Positions 25,007 through 38,804 of a stretch of DNA of 64,000 nt are shown here, piece after piece (position 1 is the first letter of the stretch; each line of letters starts with the position of its first letter). Origin of the DNA: Squalus acanthias (Eukaryota); the NCBI GenBank assembly GCA_030390025.1, contig CM059432.1:3968001-4032000 (forward strand). Reading direction: 5' to 3'. A program made the position numbers and the translations under genes. The notes below the pieces were generated by a model. That model searched no databases, had not been told where the DNA came from, and saw nothing but the letters and a program-made list of their open reading frames with translations.

Positions 25007-25592
25007 GGGCCAAAAATTAGGCACTTGCCGGGTGAGTACGCGCTGTGTACTCACCCATAATGCCTCCTGAAGTGCCGGTTTCCTGCATGCACTGCGCATG
25101 CGTGGGAAACTGGAACTTCCGGTCTCGTGAAGGGAGTGGTTCAGAAGTGAACCGCGTGCGCGGGGGAGGCTGCGCGCATGCAGCGAACTTAGGTTTTTTT
25201 TCAGGTTTCTCCGGGAGGGTAAGTATTGAAGAAGCTGCGCTTTTAAAAAGGAGGCGCAGGACCCGTTTTTAACAAGGTAAGTGGTTAATTAATTACAATT
25301 TAAAAATGTTTTCAACAGGTTTATCTTTTTTAGATACTTTAAAGAAAGGTAAGTTTATTTTTAGCACTGTTAAAAAGTATTTTAATTTTGTCAAAAATTT
25401 AAATTTTTGTTTAAAGTAGTTAATTTATTTAACTTATAGTTATTTTTAAAATGTGATGTTTTTTTAAAAATTTATTTGAAGTTTAGGTGTTGTTTTGGGG
25501 CTGATTTCAATTCCTAGATTTGACAGGTCGGTAGGTAGGTGCGCGCGGGATCCTTGCACCCGCGAGAAGCCAGGGAGCCTAATTTCTGGGCC
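25007..25592 (+). mobile_element. Harbinger-type MITE
   Basis: 16-bp imperfect TIR gggccaaaaattaggc / gcctaatttctgggcc, TSD CAT; inverted relative at 57305-58067. Confidence 0.85.
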
Positions 25593-25728
25593 CATATTTT
25601 CATCAAAGCATAACTACTCAAAGAGGTTTCTGTTTGTTGGTCATTTTAGTTAAAGTTCTAGAAATCTCTGCCTGTTCTTAGATAGCCTTACAGCATAAGA
25701 ACATGAGAAATAGGAGCAGGAGTAGACC

Positions 25729-28310
25729 ATAGAAACACAGAAACATAGAAGACAGGAGCAGGAGTAGGCCATTCGGCCCCTCGAGCCTGCTCCGCCATTC
25801 GATGAGATCATGGCTGATCATTCAAACTCAGTACCCTGTACCTGCCTTCTCCCCATATCCCTTGATACCTTTATCTTTAAGAAATATATCTAACTCATTC
25901 TTGAATATATTCAATGACTTTGCCTCAACTACCTTCTGCGGTAGAGAATTCCACAGGTTCACCACTCTCTGGGTGAAGAAATTCTTCCTCATTTCTGTCC
26001 TAAATGGCTTACCCGTTATCCTTAGATTATGACCCCTGGTTCTGGACTCTCCGACCATCGTGAACATTCTTCCTGCATCTAGTTTGTCCAGACCTGTCAG
26101 AATTTTATATGTTTCGATGAGATCCCCTCTCATTCTTCTATACTCCAGCGAGTATAAGCCCAATCGACCCGATCTCTCCTCATATGTCATTCCTGCCATC
26201 CCAGGTATCAGCCTTGTGAATCTTCGCTGAACTCCTTCCATGGCAAGAACATCCTTCCTCAGATAAGGCGACCAAAACTGCACACTGTACTCAAGGTGTG
26301 GTCTCATCAAGGCCCTGTACAACTGCAGCAGGACATCCCTGTTCCTATACTCAAACCCTTTCACTATGAAGGCCAACATACCATTTGCCTTCTTCACCGC
26401 CTACTGCACCTGCATGCTTACTTTCAGCGATTGGTGCACAAGGACACCCAGGTCTCGTTGCACTTCCCCTTCTCCCAATCTATTGCCATTCAGATAATAA
26501 TCTGCCTTTCTGTTTTTGACACCAAAGTGGATAACCTCGCACTTATCCACGTTATATTGCATCTGCCACGCTTCTGCCCACTCACCCAACCTGTCCAAAT
26601 CATCCTGGAGTTTCTCGGCATCCTCCTCGCAGCACACACTCCCACCCAGCTTTGTGTCATCTGCAAACTTGGAGATATTACATTTAGTTCCCTTATCTAG
26701 ATCATTAATGTATATTGTGAATAGCTGGGGTCCAAGGACCGATCCCTGTGGTACCCCACTAGTCACTGCTTGCCACTCAGAAAAAGACCCATTAATTCCT
26801 ACTCTCTGCTTTCTGTCCGCCAACCAGTTCTCTATCCAAGTCAATACCTTGCCCCCAATCCCATGTGCCTTAACTTTACACGCTAATCTCTTATGCGGGA
26901 CCTTATCGAAAGCCTTTTGAAAGTCCAAATACACCACATCTACTGGTTCTCCCTTATCTATTTTCCCAGTTACATCCTCAAAAAATTCCAGTAGATTAGT
27001 CAAGCACGATTTAACTTTTGTAAATCCATGTTGACTTTGTCCGATCCTGTCACTGTTTTTCAAGTGCTCAGCTATTACATCCTTTATAATGGACTCTAGC
27101 ATTTTCCCCACTACCGATGTCAGGCTTACCGGTCTGTAATTCCCCGCTTTCTCTCTACCACCCTTTTTGAATAGTGGGGTAACATTAGCTACCCTCCAAT
27201 CCATGGGTACAGTTCCAGATTCCATCGAATGTTGGAAGATGATCAGCAATGCATCTACTATTTCTAGGGCCACTTCCTTAAGTACGCTAGGATGTAGATT
27301 ATCAGGCCCTGGGGATTTATCAGCCTTCAATCCCGTCAATTTCCCTTACACCATTTCCCTGCAAATACTGATTTCTTTCAGTTCCTCCCTTTCATCAGAC
27401 CGTATGTTCTCCAACATCTCTGGGAGGTTATTTGTGTCCTCCTTTGTGAAGACAGAACCAAAATATGCATTTAATTGGTCTGCCATTTCTTTGTTCCCCA
27501 TTATAACTTACCCCGCTTCTGACTGCAAGGGACCTACACTTGATTTCACTAATCTTTTTCTCTTCACATATCTATAAAAGCTCTTACAGTCAGTTTTTAT
27601 GTTCCCAGCAAGCTTATTTTCATATTCTATTTTCCCCTTCTTAATTAATCCCTTTGTCCTCCTTTGTTGAATCCTAAAAAGCTCCCAATCCTCAGGGTTA
27701 CTGCTTTTTCTGGCCAATTTATATGCCCTCTTCTTGGATCTTATGCTATCCCTAATTTCCCTTGTTAGCCACGGTTGAGTCACCCTTTTTGTTTTATTCT
27801 TATGCCACACTGGGATGAACAAATTCTGTAGTTCATCCATGTCGTTTGAGGAGAGATTGAGTAGCCCCTCAAGCCTGCTCCGCCATTCAATAAGATCATG
27901 GCTGATCTTCGACCTCAACTCCACTTTCCCGCCTGATCTCCATATCCTTCGATTCCCCTCGAGTCCAAAATCTATCGATCTCAGCCCTGATTATACTCAA
28001 AGACTCAGCATTCACAGCCCTCTGGGGCAGAGAATTCCAAAGGTTCACAACCCTCTGAGTGAAGAAATTCCTCCTCATCTCGGTCTTAAATGGCCTACCC
28101 CTTATCCAGAGACTATGCCCCCTAGTTCTAGACTCTCCAGACAGGGGAAACAACCTCTCAGCATCTACCCTGTCAATCCCCTTCAGAATCTTGTATGTTT
28201 CAATGAGATCACCTCTCATTCTTCTAAACTCCAGAGAGTTTAGGCCCAATCTACTCAATCTCTCCTCACAGGACAACCCTCTCACCCCAGGAATCAATCT
28301 AGGGAACCTG
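25729..28310 (-). mobile_element. CR1 fragments (25729-27843 tether/RT to 3' end; 27865-28310 3' end)
   Basis: QPWLT, KSPGPD, FADD, FFTQRVVNLWNSLP. Confidence 0.92.
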
Positions 28311-28656
28311 CTGTCCATTTTTCATGGTAATTTTAGTCTGCACAAAAGAAGATAAATTACTACAGGTAGTGAATTATTTCCAACAATATTAGGATTCATA
28401 TAAAAAGCCTGATAATGTGGGCGGGTTATACCCTTGGATTATTTGAAAGCTCTTACACCAACTGAGATTTCTTTCTGATTTCAACGGCCCAGATTTTCCT
28501 GCAGCGTGGAGACTGCCGACGCACACCGTAAATTTCCCCGTCTAACGCGCCCGATCTCGCCGCCGATAACTTCCTCCAGATTGTCCTGCATTTCTAATTG
28601 GAATGCACTGCAGGGAGCACGGTGGCGAATCAGAGGCAGCGCGGCCAATGACCAAA

Positions 28657-29144
28657 GTGTCAGCCGTGGCTCAGTGGGTCGCGCCCTCACCTCTGAGTCA
28701 GAAGGTTGTGTGTTCAAGTCCCCACTCCAGGGACTTGAAGCACAAAAATCCAGGCTGACACTCCCAGTGCCAGTACTGAGGGAGCGCCGCACTGTCGGAA
28801 GTTCCAAATTTTGGATGAGACGTCAAACCGAGGCCACCATCTGCCCTCTCGGGTGGACGTAAAAGATCCCAAGGCCAGTATTTCGAAGAAGAGCAGGGGA
28901 GTTCTCCCCGGTGTCCTGGGCCAAAATTTGTCCCTCAACCAACATCGCTAAAAAAAAACCAGATGATCCGGGTCATGATCACATTGCTGTTTGTGGGAGC
29001 TTGCTGTGCGCAAATTGGCTGCCGCGTTTCCTACATTTCAACAGTGACTCCACTTAAAAAAAAAAGTACTTCATTGGCTGTAAAGCGCTTTGGGACGGCC
29101 TGAGGTCGTGAAAGGCGCTATAGAAATGCAAGTTCTTTCTTTCT
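28657..29144 (+). mobile_element. Full-length DeuSINE (SacSINE1-like)
   Basis: A box tggctcagtgg, B box gttcaagtc, Deu-like domain, L2-like tail ending (tttc)n. Confidence 0.88.
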
Positions 29145-29929
29145 AATAAGATCTCATCAAAAATGAGCCATAGCTTCATTGGAATGTTACGATGTATTTT
29201 TAAATGAAGCCTGCTGTTATTTTCTGACCACTGAGGATGGCCTCACGCTGGGTGCTCCTTTCATCTATCTGGAGTTTCCTAATGGATGCCACAGGTGCAA
29301 TGAAGCTCTTTAAAAAATATAAATCAACGGCTTCTTAGCTATTTTTTGTACTTGCCGCATTCACAGTACATTTTTAGTACCATTTTTATTCATTTTGCTG
29401 TACCATTTATTAAAAATCTTTTCATTTTGATTTTTAACTGCAATGTTTTTCTGATTATTTACATCAAAGAATGAGGCCATTCGGCCCAACTGTCCACCTC
29501 GCCCTGTCAGCAGATCCTTCTCATCCTTTCTCCCTCATGTGTTTATCCAGCTCCCTGCTAAAGGCATCTATGCTCATCGCCTCAACCACTCCCCGTGGTG
29601 AGATGAGGCAAGGTGGGAGGAGGCTCGAGTGGAGCATAAACACCGGCACGGGCCAGTTGGGCCGAATGGCCTGTTTCTGTGCTGTACATTCTTTGTAAAT
29701 GTAACATCCATTTCAAACTGTCAGCACGGGGTAAATCTTCATCTATCAGCAGAACAGAGAGAGCTGAAAAATGAACCCTTACGCCGCAAGCTTTCATGAA
29801 AGTTTGAGGATGGGCAAGACTGAAAATTTGTTGTGGCTGTTGATAACCTAAAACAAAATATCAGGTTTGGTTTTGAAAGCCCCATTAATGCAGTATTTTA
29901 TGGTGGTAAAAAAAATGAAAGAACTCTTA

Positions 29930-32900
29930 CTGCGACCTCTACTACCTAGAAGGACAAGGGCAGCAGGCGCATGGGAACACCACCACCTGCGAGTTCCCCT
30001 CCAGGTCACACACCACCCTGACTTGGAAATATATGGGCCGTTCCTTCATCGTCACTGGGTCAAAATCCTGGAACTCCCTCCCTAACAGCACTCTGGGAGT
30101 ACTTTCATCAATTTTTCTCCAACTCCCTTTTGAAAGTTACGATTGAATCTGCTTCCACCACCCCTTCAGGCAGCGCGTTCCAGATCACAACAACTTGCTG
30201 CGTAAAAATAAATGTTTCCTCTTGTCGCCTCCGGTTCTTCTGCCAATCACCTTAAATCTGTGTCCTCTGGTCACCGACCCTCCTGCCACAGTTTCTTCTT
30301 ATTTACTCTATCAAAACCCTTCCTGATTTTGAACACCTCTATCAAATCTCCCCTTAACCTTCTCTGCTCTAAGGAGAACAACTCCAGCTTCTCCGGTCTC
30401 TCCACACAACTGAAGTTCCTCATCCTTGGTGCCCTTCTCATGAATCTTCTCCACACCGCCCTCCAAGGCCTTGACACCCTCCCTAAAGTCCTTCCTAGAA
30501 TATTGCCCATAATCTGCCTTCCTCCCATGAATAAAGACACAATTATTCTTTCCTTAATCAATTTTTCTTCTTATTTAATTTTTTTTAAATTAACTCGTTC
30601 TTAAGATGAATATATAATTTGTCATTGAAATATCTAGTATGATAGAGCACTGGTGTATTTACATATTCATCATACTCATTTGTTCAGCATTGTAGCACCT
30701 TCAGCTGCAGAAGGTGGGCAAGTGCGTGTTCTGTGTGTGGGAGAGAGTGCAATCCTGGGAATAATGTCTAACTCTGACAGTTTAACATCAGTGGTGGGTA
30801 ACGTTTTAGAAACAATAATCAAGGAAAAAATTAACGGGCACTTGGAGAGGTTTAAGCTAATTAAGGAGAGCCAACACGGATTTGTAAAAGGCAGATCGTG
30901 TTTGACTAATCTAATTGAATTTTTTGATGAAGTAACAGGGAGGATTGATGAAGGGAAGGCAATGGATGTTGTCTACATGGATTTTAGGAAGGCGTTTGAC
31001 AAAGTACCACATAGAAGGCTGGTTAACAAAATTGAGGCTCATGGAATAGATGGGTCAGTGGCAGCTTGGATAAGGTATTGGCTTAAGGACAGAAAACAGC
31101 AAGTTGTGGTAAATGGCTGTTTTTCAGACTGGAGGATGGTAGACAGTGGTGTTCCCCAAGGGTCAGTGCTGGGGCCACTGCTTTTTTTGATATATATAAA
31201 TGACCTGGATATTGGAATACAGAGTAGAATTTCTAAATTTGTTGATGACACCAAACTTGAGGGTGTGGCAAACATCGACTGCAACAGGACATAGAAAGGC
31301 TAGCAGAATGGGCAGACAAGTGGCAGATGGAATTTAATACAGTGACGTGGGAACAGGGAGAGGCAATATGCAGTTAATAGCACAGTTTTAAAGAGTTTTG
31401 TACAAGGTATTGGTGAGACCGCACCTGGAATACTGCATACAGTTTTGGTGTCCTTACTTAAGGAAAGACATCCTTGCTCTCGAGGCAGTGCAAAAAAGGT
31501 TCACTCGGTTAATCCCGGGGATGAGGGGGTGGTCATATGAGGAGAGGTTGGGTAGATTGGGACTCTACTCATTGGAGTTCAGAAGAATGAGAGGCGATCT
31601 TATTGAAACATATAAGATTGTGAAGGGGTTGGATCGGGTGGATGCGGGGAGGATGTTCCCGATGACGGGTGAGACGAGAACTAGGGGACATAGTCTTAGA
31701 ATAAGGGGCTGCTCTTTCAAAACTGAGATGAGGAGGAACTACTTCACTCAGAGGGTGGTAGGTCCATGGAATATGCTGCCACAAAAAGCTGTAGAAGCTA
31801 CAACATTAATTAAATTTAAAACAGAAATAGACAGTTTCCTGGAAGTAAAGGGCATTAAGGGTTACGGGGAGCGGGCAGGAATTTGGACATGAGTCTAGGT
31901 TCGGATCGGTCATGGCCCTGTGGGTAGTGGAGCGGGCCCAGGGACTGTGTAGCCTGATTCTGCTCCTATTTCGTGTGTGCAATTCTGTTAGATGCAGGAG
32001 ATGGTTCTGTGATAGATAGTAGATTGGCGGTTAGGATCAGATCAGCCATGATCTTATTGAATGGCGGAGCAGGCTCGAGGGGCCGATTGGCCTACTCCTG
32101 CTCCTATTTCTTATGTTCTTATGTTCTTAGTGTGCAGGGACAGAGGGATCTGGGAGTTAATGTGCACAGGTCCCTGAAGGTGGCAGGACATTTTTTTTTT
32201 ATTCGCTTATGGGATCTTGGCGTTGCTGGCAAGGTCAGCATTTATTGTCCATCCCTAGTTGCCCTTGAGAAGGTTGTGGTGAGCCGCCTTCTTGAACTGC
32301 TGCAGTCCGTGTGGTGAAGGTACTCCCACAGTGCTGTTAGGGAGGGAGTTCCAGGATTTTGACCCAGCGACGATGAAGAATTGGCGATATATTTCTAAGT
32401 CAGGATGGTGTGTGACTTGGAGGGAAACTTGGAGGTGGTTTGGCCGCAACTGGAGTATTACATCCAGTTCTGGTCACCACACTTTAGGAAGGATATGAAG
32501 GCCCTTGAGAGGGTGCAGAGGAGATTTACCAGAATGGTTCCGGCGATGGGGGATCTTAGCTACAAGGACAGGTTGGAGAAGCTGGATTTGTTTTCATTAG
32601 AGCAAAGGAGGTTGAGGGGTGATTTGATAGAGGTGTACAAGATTATGGCAGGTTTGGATAGGCTAGACGGGGAAAGGCTGTTCCCACTAGTTGATGGTAC
32701 AAGGACTAGGAGACACAGATTTAAGGTTTTGGGCAAGAGATACAGAGGGGATGTGAGGAAAATCTTTTTTCCGCAGCGAGTGGTGAGGAACTGGAATTCG
32801 CTGCCGACGGAAGTGGTGGAAGCGGAGACACTCAATGTTTTCAAGGGGAGACTGGATAGGCACTTGAGGGAAATAAACTTGCAGGGCTACGGGGATAGAG

Positions 32901-33330
32901 CGGGGGAATGGGACTGACTGGATTGCTCTGCGGAGAGCTGGCACGGACTCGATGGGCCGAATGGCCTCCTTCTGTGCCGTTATGACTCTAACAGGCAGTT
33001 AGAACACTTTATCAAGTTGACTATTTAGATTTAAATCATACAGTGAGTGGAAGTACCAGGACCATCTAACCCCGATTTTAATCGCCCCACCATTGGCGGC
33101 CGTGCCTTCAGCAGCCTGGGCCCTAAGCTCGGGAATTCCCTCCCTAAACCACTCCACCTCTCTCTCTCCTCCTTTAAGACGCTCCTCAAAACCTACCTCT
33201 TTGACCAAGCTTTTGGTCACCTGCCCTAATATCTCCTTATGTGGCTCAGTGTCAAATTTTGTTTGATAATGCTGCGTGTGGGACGTTTTACTACGTTACT
33301 GGCGCTTGATAAATGCAAGTTGTTGTTGTT
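29930..33330. mobile_element. Mixed LINE fragments: tRNA-LINE 3' pieces (29930-30110 plus, 32191-32438 minus), CR1 (30110-30490 minus, 30778-31972 plus, 32439-32990 plus), L2 (33065-33330 plus)
   Basis: Family-diagnostic translated motifs and tails as in the other copies. Confidence 0.8.
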
Positions 33331-33844
33331 TATATAATATAGAAATGTGATGTGGAAATTGGGAGTGTGAGTGAGGTGAAAGATCAGATGCATGTGTTCT
33401 CAGTATTTGTTTATTGATACTTGGCTGTATACTACGTAAAATAATGACGTGTAGTTTTCAACACATTTTCAATCTTGCTCTTCTCTCATGCTCTCGGCAC
33501 AAGTGAATTATATCACAGAAATTGTTTGCATAGCCATTGTTTAACTTTCTATCCATTTAAGTTCCACAATCGTAGCAGCAACTGTTGAATATGCGCGGGG
33601 AGCATGTTACAAGAATAATCAATAGCTGGAGAGACGCGTAAGCAGATGCTGAATGAGTCACAGACAAAGACACAACTAACGAGACTAAAAAAAAAACCCA
33701 CCTTAGAAGATCAACACAACTAGGCACCTCTGAGATTACCAGCCAGTGTTTATGATACCACGATTCCTGGAGCTGCAATGTATTTTTTTACGATCTACAT
33801 TTATTCCAAATATATGGAAAGCATTAGTGTGACTCAGCTATGAT

Positions 33845-34765
33845 TTTTTTTTAATTTGTTCATGGGATGTGGGCGTCGTTGGCAAGGCCAGCATTTATTG
33901 CCCATCCCTAGTTGCCCTTGAGAAGGTGGTGGTGAGCCGCCTTCTTGAACCGCTGCAGTCTGTGTGGTGAAGGTGCTCCCACAGTGCTGTTAGGGAGGGA
34001 GTTCCAGGATTTTGACCCAGCGACGATGAAGGATCAGCGATATACTTCTAAGTCAGGATGGTGTTTGACTTGGAGGGGAACTTGGATGTGGTGGTGTTCC
34101 CATGCACCTGCTGCCCTTGTCCTTCTAAGTGGAAGAGGTTGCGGTTTTGGGAGATGCTGCCGAAGAAGCCTTGGTGAGTTGCTTCAGTGCATCTTGTAGA
34201 TGGTACACACTGCAGCCACGGTACGCCGGTGGTGGAGGGAGTGAATGTTTAAGGTGGTGGATGGGTGCCAATCAAGCGGGCTGCTTTGTCCTGGATGGTG
34301 TCGAACTTCTTGAGTGTTGTTGGAGCTGCACTCATCCAGGCAAGTGGAGAGTATTGCATCACACTCCTGACTTGTGCCTTGTAGATGGTAGAAAGGCTTT
34401 GGGGAGTCAGGAGGTGAGACACTCGCCGCAGAATACACAGCCTCTGACCTGCTCTTGTTGCCACAGTATTTATGTGGCTGGTCCAGTTAAGTTTCTGGTC
34501 AATGGTGGCCCCCAGGATGTTGATGGTGGAGGATTTGGTGATGGTAATGCCATTGAATGTCATGGGGAGGTGGTTAGACTCTCGCTTGTTGGAGATAGTC
34601 ATTGCCTGGCACTTGTGTGGCGCGAATGTTACCTGCCACTTATCAGCTCAAGCCTGAACGTCGTCCAGGTCTTGTTGCATGCGGGCATGGACTGCTTCAT
34701 TATCTGAGGAGTTGCGAATGGCGCTGAACATTGTGCAGTCATCAGCGAACATTCCCATCTCTGAC
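33845..34765 (-). mobile_element. 3' fragment of the tRNA-headed LINE family
   Basis: FADD region through the tail; matches 49695 onward. Confidence 0.9.
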
Positions 34766-35242
34766 TCATTTTTTTGCTGGGCTATGGGCAAAGACCGAAG
34801 GGAGGAGTGGGACTAAATTGGATAGCTCGTTCAAAGAGCCGGCACAGGCACGATGGGCCCAAGGGCCCAAACCAAGAGGGTGGTGAACCGATGTGAATTG
34901 AGCCTCGGGGCCCGTCAACAGGCCAGCTGGTCGTGCCTGCACTGGCAAATCGCCTGAGGAAAGACATCAATATGGAGCCACCAGCCTCAATGGCCCTCAG
35001 ATAAGACCTGGGATTACGGGGCCAACTCTCCAGGATTGGCCTGGAGTCTCCAGGAATTGATGATTAATGGCCAGGTCACTGCTTGGGGGCAACACCCGCG
35101 AGAAAAAGTATTGGGGTATTAAAAAACATATTTTTCTTTTACTTTCTTTGAACATTTCTGTTTACTAGTTATAAAAATATTGGAGATGGTTGGGGGGGGC
35201 GGGCAGTGCGGTGAAGGCTACTTGACTGACAATCATGCAAAT

Positions 35243-36518
35243 CAACAACGACAACAACAACTTGTATTTATATAGCGCCTTTAATGTAGTAAAACATCCC
35301 AAGACATTTCACAGAAGCAATTATCAAACAACATTTGACACCAAGCCACATAAGGAGATATTAGGATAGGTTTTAAGGAGCGTCTTAAAGGAGAAGAGAG
35401 AGGTAGAGAGGCAAAGAGGTTTAGGGAGGGAATTCCAGAGCTTGGGCCCAGGCAGCTGAAGGCAGGGCCGCCAGTGGTGTAGCGATTAAAATTGGGGATG
35501 TTCAAGAAGCCAAAATTAGAGGAGCGCAGAGGTCTCGGAGGGTTGTGGGGGTGGAGTAGATTACAGAGATAGGGCGGGGGCGAGACCATGGAGGGATTTG
35601 AAAACAAGGATGAGCCTTTTAAAATTGAGTTGTTGCTTAACGGGGAGCCAATGTAGGTCAGCGAGCACGGCGGTGATGGGTGAACGGGAATTGGTGCGAG
35701 TTAGGACACGGGCAGCCGAGTTTTGGATGGGCTCAAGTTTACATAGGGTAGAATGTGGGAGGCCAGCCAGGAGTGCACTGGAATGGTCAAGTCTAGAGGT
35801 AACAAAGGCATGGATGAGGGTTTCAGCAGCGGATGAGCTGAGGGAGGGGTGAAGTGGGGCGATCTTTCGGAGGTGGAAATGGGCGGTCTTGGTGATGGCG
35901 CGGAAATGTGGTCGGAAGCTCATCTCGGGGTCAAATATGACACCAAGGTTGCGAACAGTGTGGTTCAGCCTCAGATAGTTGCCAGGGAGAGGGATGGAGT
36001 CAATGGCTAGGGAACAGATTTTGTGGCGGGGACCGAAAACAATGGCTTCGGTCTTCCCAATATTTAGTTGGAGGAAATTTCTGCTCATCCTGTCCTGGAT
36101 GTCAGACAAACAGTCTGACAATTTAGAGACCGTGGAGGGGGTCGAGAGAAGTGGTGGTGAGGTAGAGCTGGGTGTCGTCAGCGTACATGTGGAAACTGAT
36201 GCTGTGTTTTCGGATGATGTCACCAAGGGGCAACATGTAGATGAGAAATAGGAGGGGGCCAAGGATAGATCCTTGGGGGACACCAGAGGTAACACTGCGG
36301 GAGCGGGAAGAGAAACCATTGCAGGTGATTCTCTGGCTACGATTAGATAGATAAGAATGGAACCAGGCGAGTGCAGTCCCACCCAGCTGGACGACGGTGG
36401 AGAGGCGTTGGAGAAGGATGGAGTGGTCAACTGTGTCAAAGGCTGCAGACAGGTCGAGAAGGACGAGGAGGGATAGTTTACCTTTGTCAAAGTCGCATAG
36501 GATGTCATTTGTGACTTT
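35243..36518 (-). mobile_element. L2 LINE RT C-terminus and 3' end
   Basis: NFLQLNIGKTE, VRNLGVIFD, LIHAFVTSRLD, IQNSAARVL. Confidence 0.9.
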
Positions 36519-36885
36519 GATCCCTCCATGGCCTCGCCCCTCCCTATCTCTGTAATCTCCTCCTGCCCTACAACCCTCTGAGATCTCTGCGCTCCTCCAA
36601 TTCTAGCCTTTTGAGCATCCGTGATTTCCATCGCTCCACCATTGGCAGCCGTGCCTTCAGCAGCCTGGGCCCCAAGCTTTTGAATACCCTCCCTAAACCT
36701 CTCCGCCTCTCTTTCCTCCTTTAAGACGCTTCTTAAAACCTGCCTCTTTGACCAAGCTTTTGGTCACCTGCCCTAATATCTCTATGTGGCTCGATGTCAA
36801 ATTTTCTGTTATAATACTCCTGTGAAGCGCCTTGGGACGTTTTACTAGGTTAAAGGCGCTATAGAAATACAAAGTTGTTGTTGAA
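36519..36885 (+). mobile_element. L2 3' fragment, inverted relative to 35243-35600
   Basis: Same tail on the opposite strand. Confidence 0.85.
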
Positions 36886-37536
36886 AAACGGGTGCAAAGC
36901 ACAGCAATTCCTCCCCCTGCAAGTCCAAAAGCAACGTGTGCTGTCGATCTGAAATATATAGAGACTTATGAATTCAAACGTTTAAACTAGATTAGCTGTT
37001 TATTTAAATAAATGTTTGTGCACCTGTTTACATATATAATTCATTTTAATTCATAAATCTTTATGCAGTTCTCCTCTTTGTGGGTGTTTGCTGTAAATGA
37101 TTTAGTAAATCAAGAGACAATAAACAGTACTTATCAACCAATGCATGTTTAATACAGTTAAACAGCAGCAAAAGCAGCACATTTCAAATTCACACTCGGT
37201 ACCATTTGTAAAGGCAGAGCATGCCAACGTCAGATGTAAGTTCCACTGACCCCTTCCCCACCGCCCCCCTTAACTGAGCACAATAGGAACATCTCAGACA
37301 TCACCGTGCAAGCATGCATTGATTAAATAACTGCCGTCTGCTGCGCTCGACATTTGTTCCCAGCCTCAATCCCGGCATTACTATGGCAACGTGGGTTTTT
37401 TTTTTGAATCGCTGTGCTTAAATAAAAACTTTTTCGCACCAAGGAAGGTGGTACCACTTGTTTGTTCCGCGTGGGTGTATTGATTGTCGCTCCCGCATCC
37501 GCGCACATCTCCAGCAGCTGATTGCTTCTTGTCGTT

Positions 37537-38487
37537 CATAGGAACAGGAGGAGGCCATTCAGCCCCTCCAGCCTGTTCTGCCATTCAATGAGATCATGGC
37601 TGATCTGTGACCTAACTCCATATACCTGCCTTTGCCCCATATCCCTTAATACCATTGGTTAACAGAAATATATCAATCTCCGATTTAAAATTAACAATTG
37701 ATCTAGCATCAATTGCCGTTTGCGGAAGAGAGTTCCAAACTTCTACCACCCTTTGTGTGTAGAAGTGTTTCCTAACTTCACTCCTGAAAGGTCTGGCTCT
37801 AATTTTTAGACGATGCCCCCTAGTCCTAGAATCCCCAACCAGCGGAAATAGTTTCTCTCTGTCTACCCTATCTGTTCCCCTTAATATCTTGAAAAAGTCG
37901 ATCAGATCACCCCTTAACCTTCTAAATTCCAGGGAATACAACCCTAGTTTGTGTAATCTCTCCTCTTAATTTAACCCTTGAAGTCCGGGTATCATTCTGG
38001 TAAACCTGCGCTGCACTCCCTCCAAGGCCAATATATCCTTCCTAAGGTGTGGTGCCCAGAACTGCTCACAGTGCTCCAGGTGTGGTCTAACCAGGGTTTT
38101 GTACAGCTGCAGCATGGCTGCAGTGTGTACCATCTACAAGATGCACTGCAGCAACTCGCCAAGGCTTCTTCAGCAGCACCTTCCAAACCCGTGACCTCTT
38201 CCACCTAGAAGGACAAGGGCAGCAGGCGCATGGGAACACCATCACCTCCAAGTTCCCCTCCAAGTCACACACCATCCTGACTTGGAAATATATCGGCCGT
38301 TCCTTCATCGTCGCTGCGTCATAATCCTGGAACTCCCTCCCTAACAGCACTGTGGGAGCACCTTCACCACACGGACTGCAGCGGTTCAAGAAGGCGGCTC
38401 ACCACCACCTTCTCAAGGGGCAATTAGGGATGGGCAATAAATGCTGGCCTCGCCAGCGACGCCCACATCCCGTGAATGAATTAAGAA
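37537..38487. mobile_element. CR1 3' fragment (37537-38112 minus) abutting a tRNA-LINE 3' fragment (38113-38487 plus)
   Basis: Translated motifs and tails. Confidence 0.85.
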
Positions 38488-38804
38488 AATTGCACGCACT
38501 TTATAGAAGCCGCTTGATTTCCGTTCCACTGAACATAGTCCACAACACATTAATTACATAGAATTACATAGAATCTACAGCACAGAAGCAGGCCATTCGG
38601 CGCAACTGGCCAATGCTGGCTTTTATACTCTAAACGAGCCTCCTCCCACCCTACTTCACCTAACCCTATCATTAAAATCTCTGGATTAATATTTTATTTG
38701 CAGAAGAATTGGAAATAGATTTTTTGACAGAAATTACACATACCTCGCAACTAGGTGACAGCCCTTTCCATAGTGTCCTCGCCAGCACAACATGGATAAT
38801 CCAA

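Noticed and set aside
28486..28646. Harbinger-like end (ggcccagattttcc); similar GC-rich pieces at 1-222 and 63700-63820
   Set aside because: Matching second terminus and TSD not identifiable.
35018..35085. Hairpin cctggag-t-ctccagg resembling an old DNA-element terminus
   Set aside because: Too short to assign without a database search.
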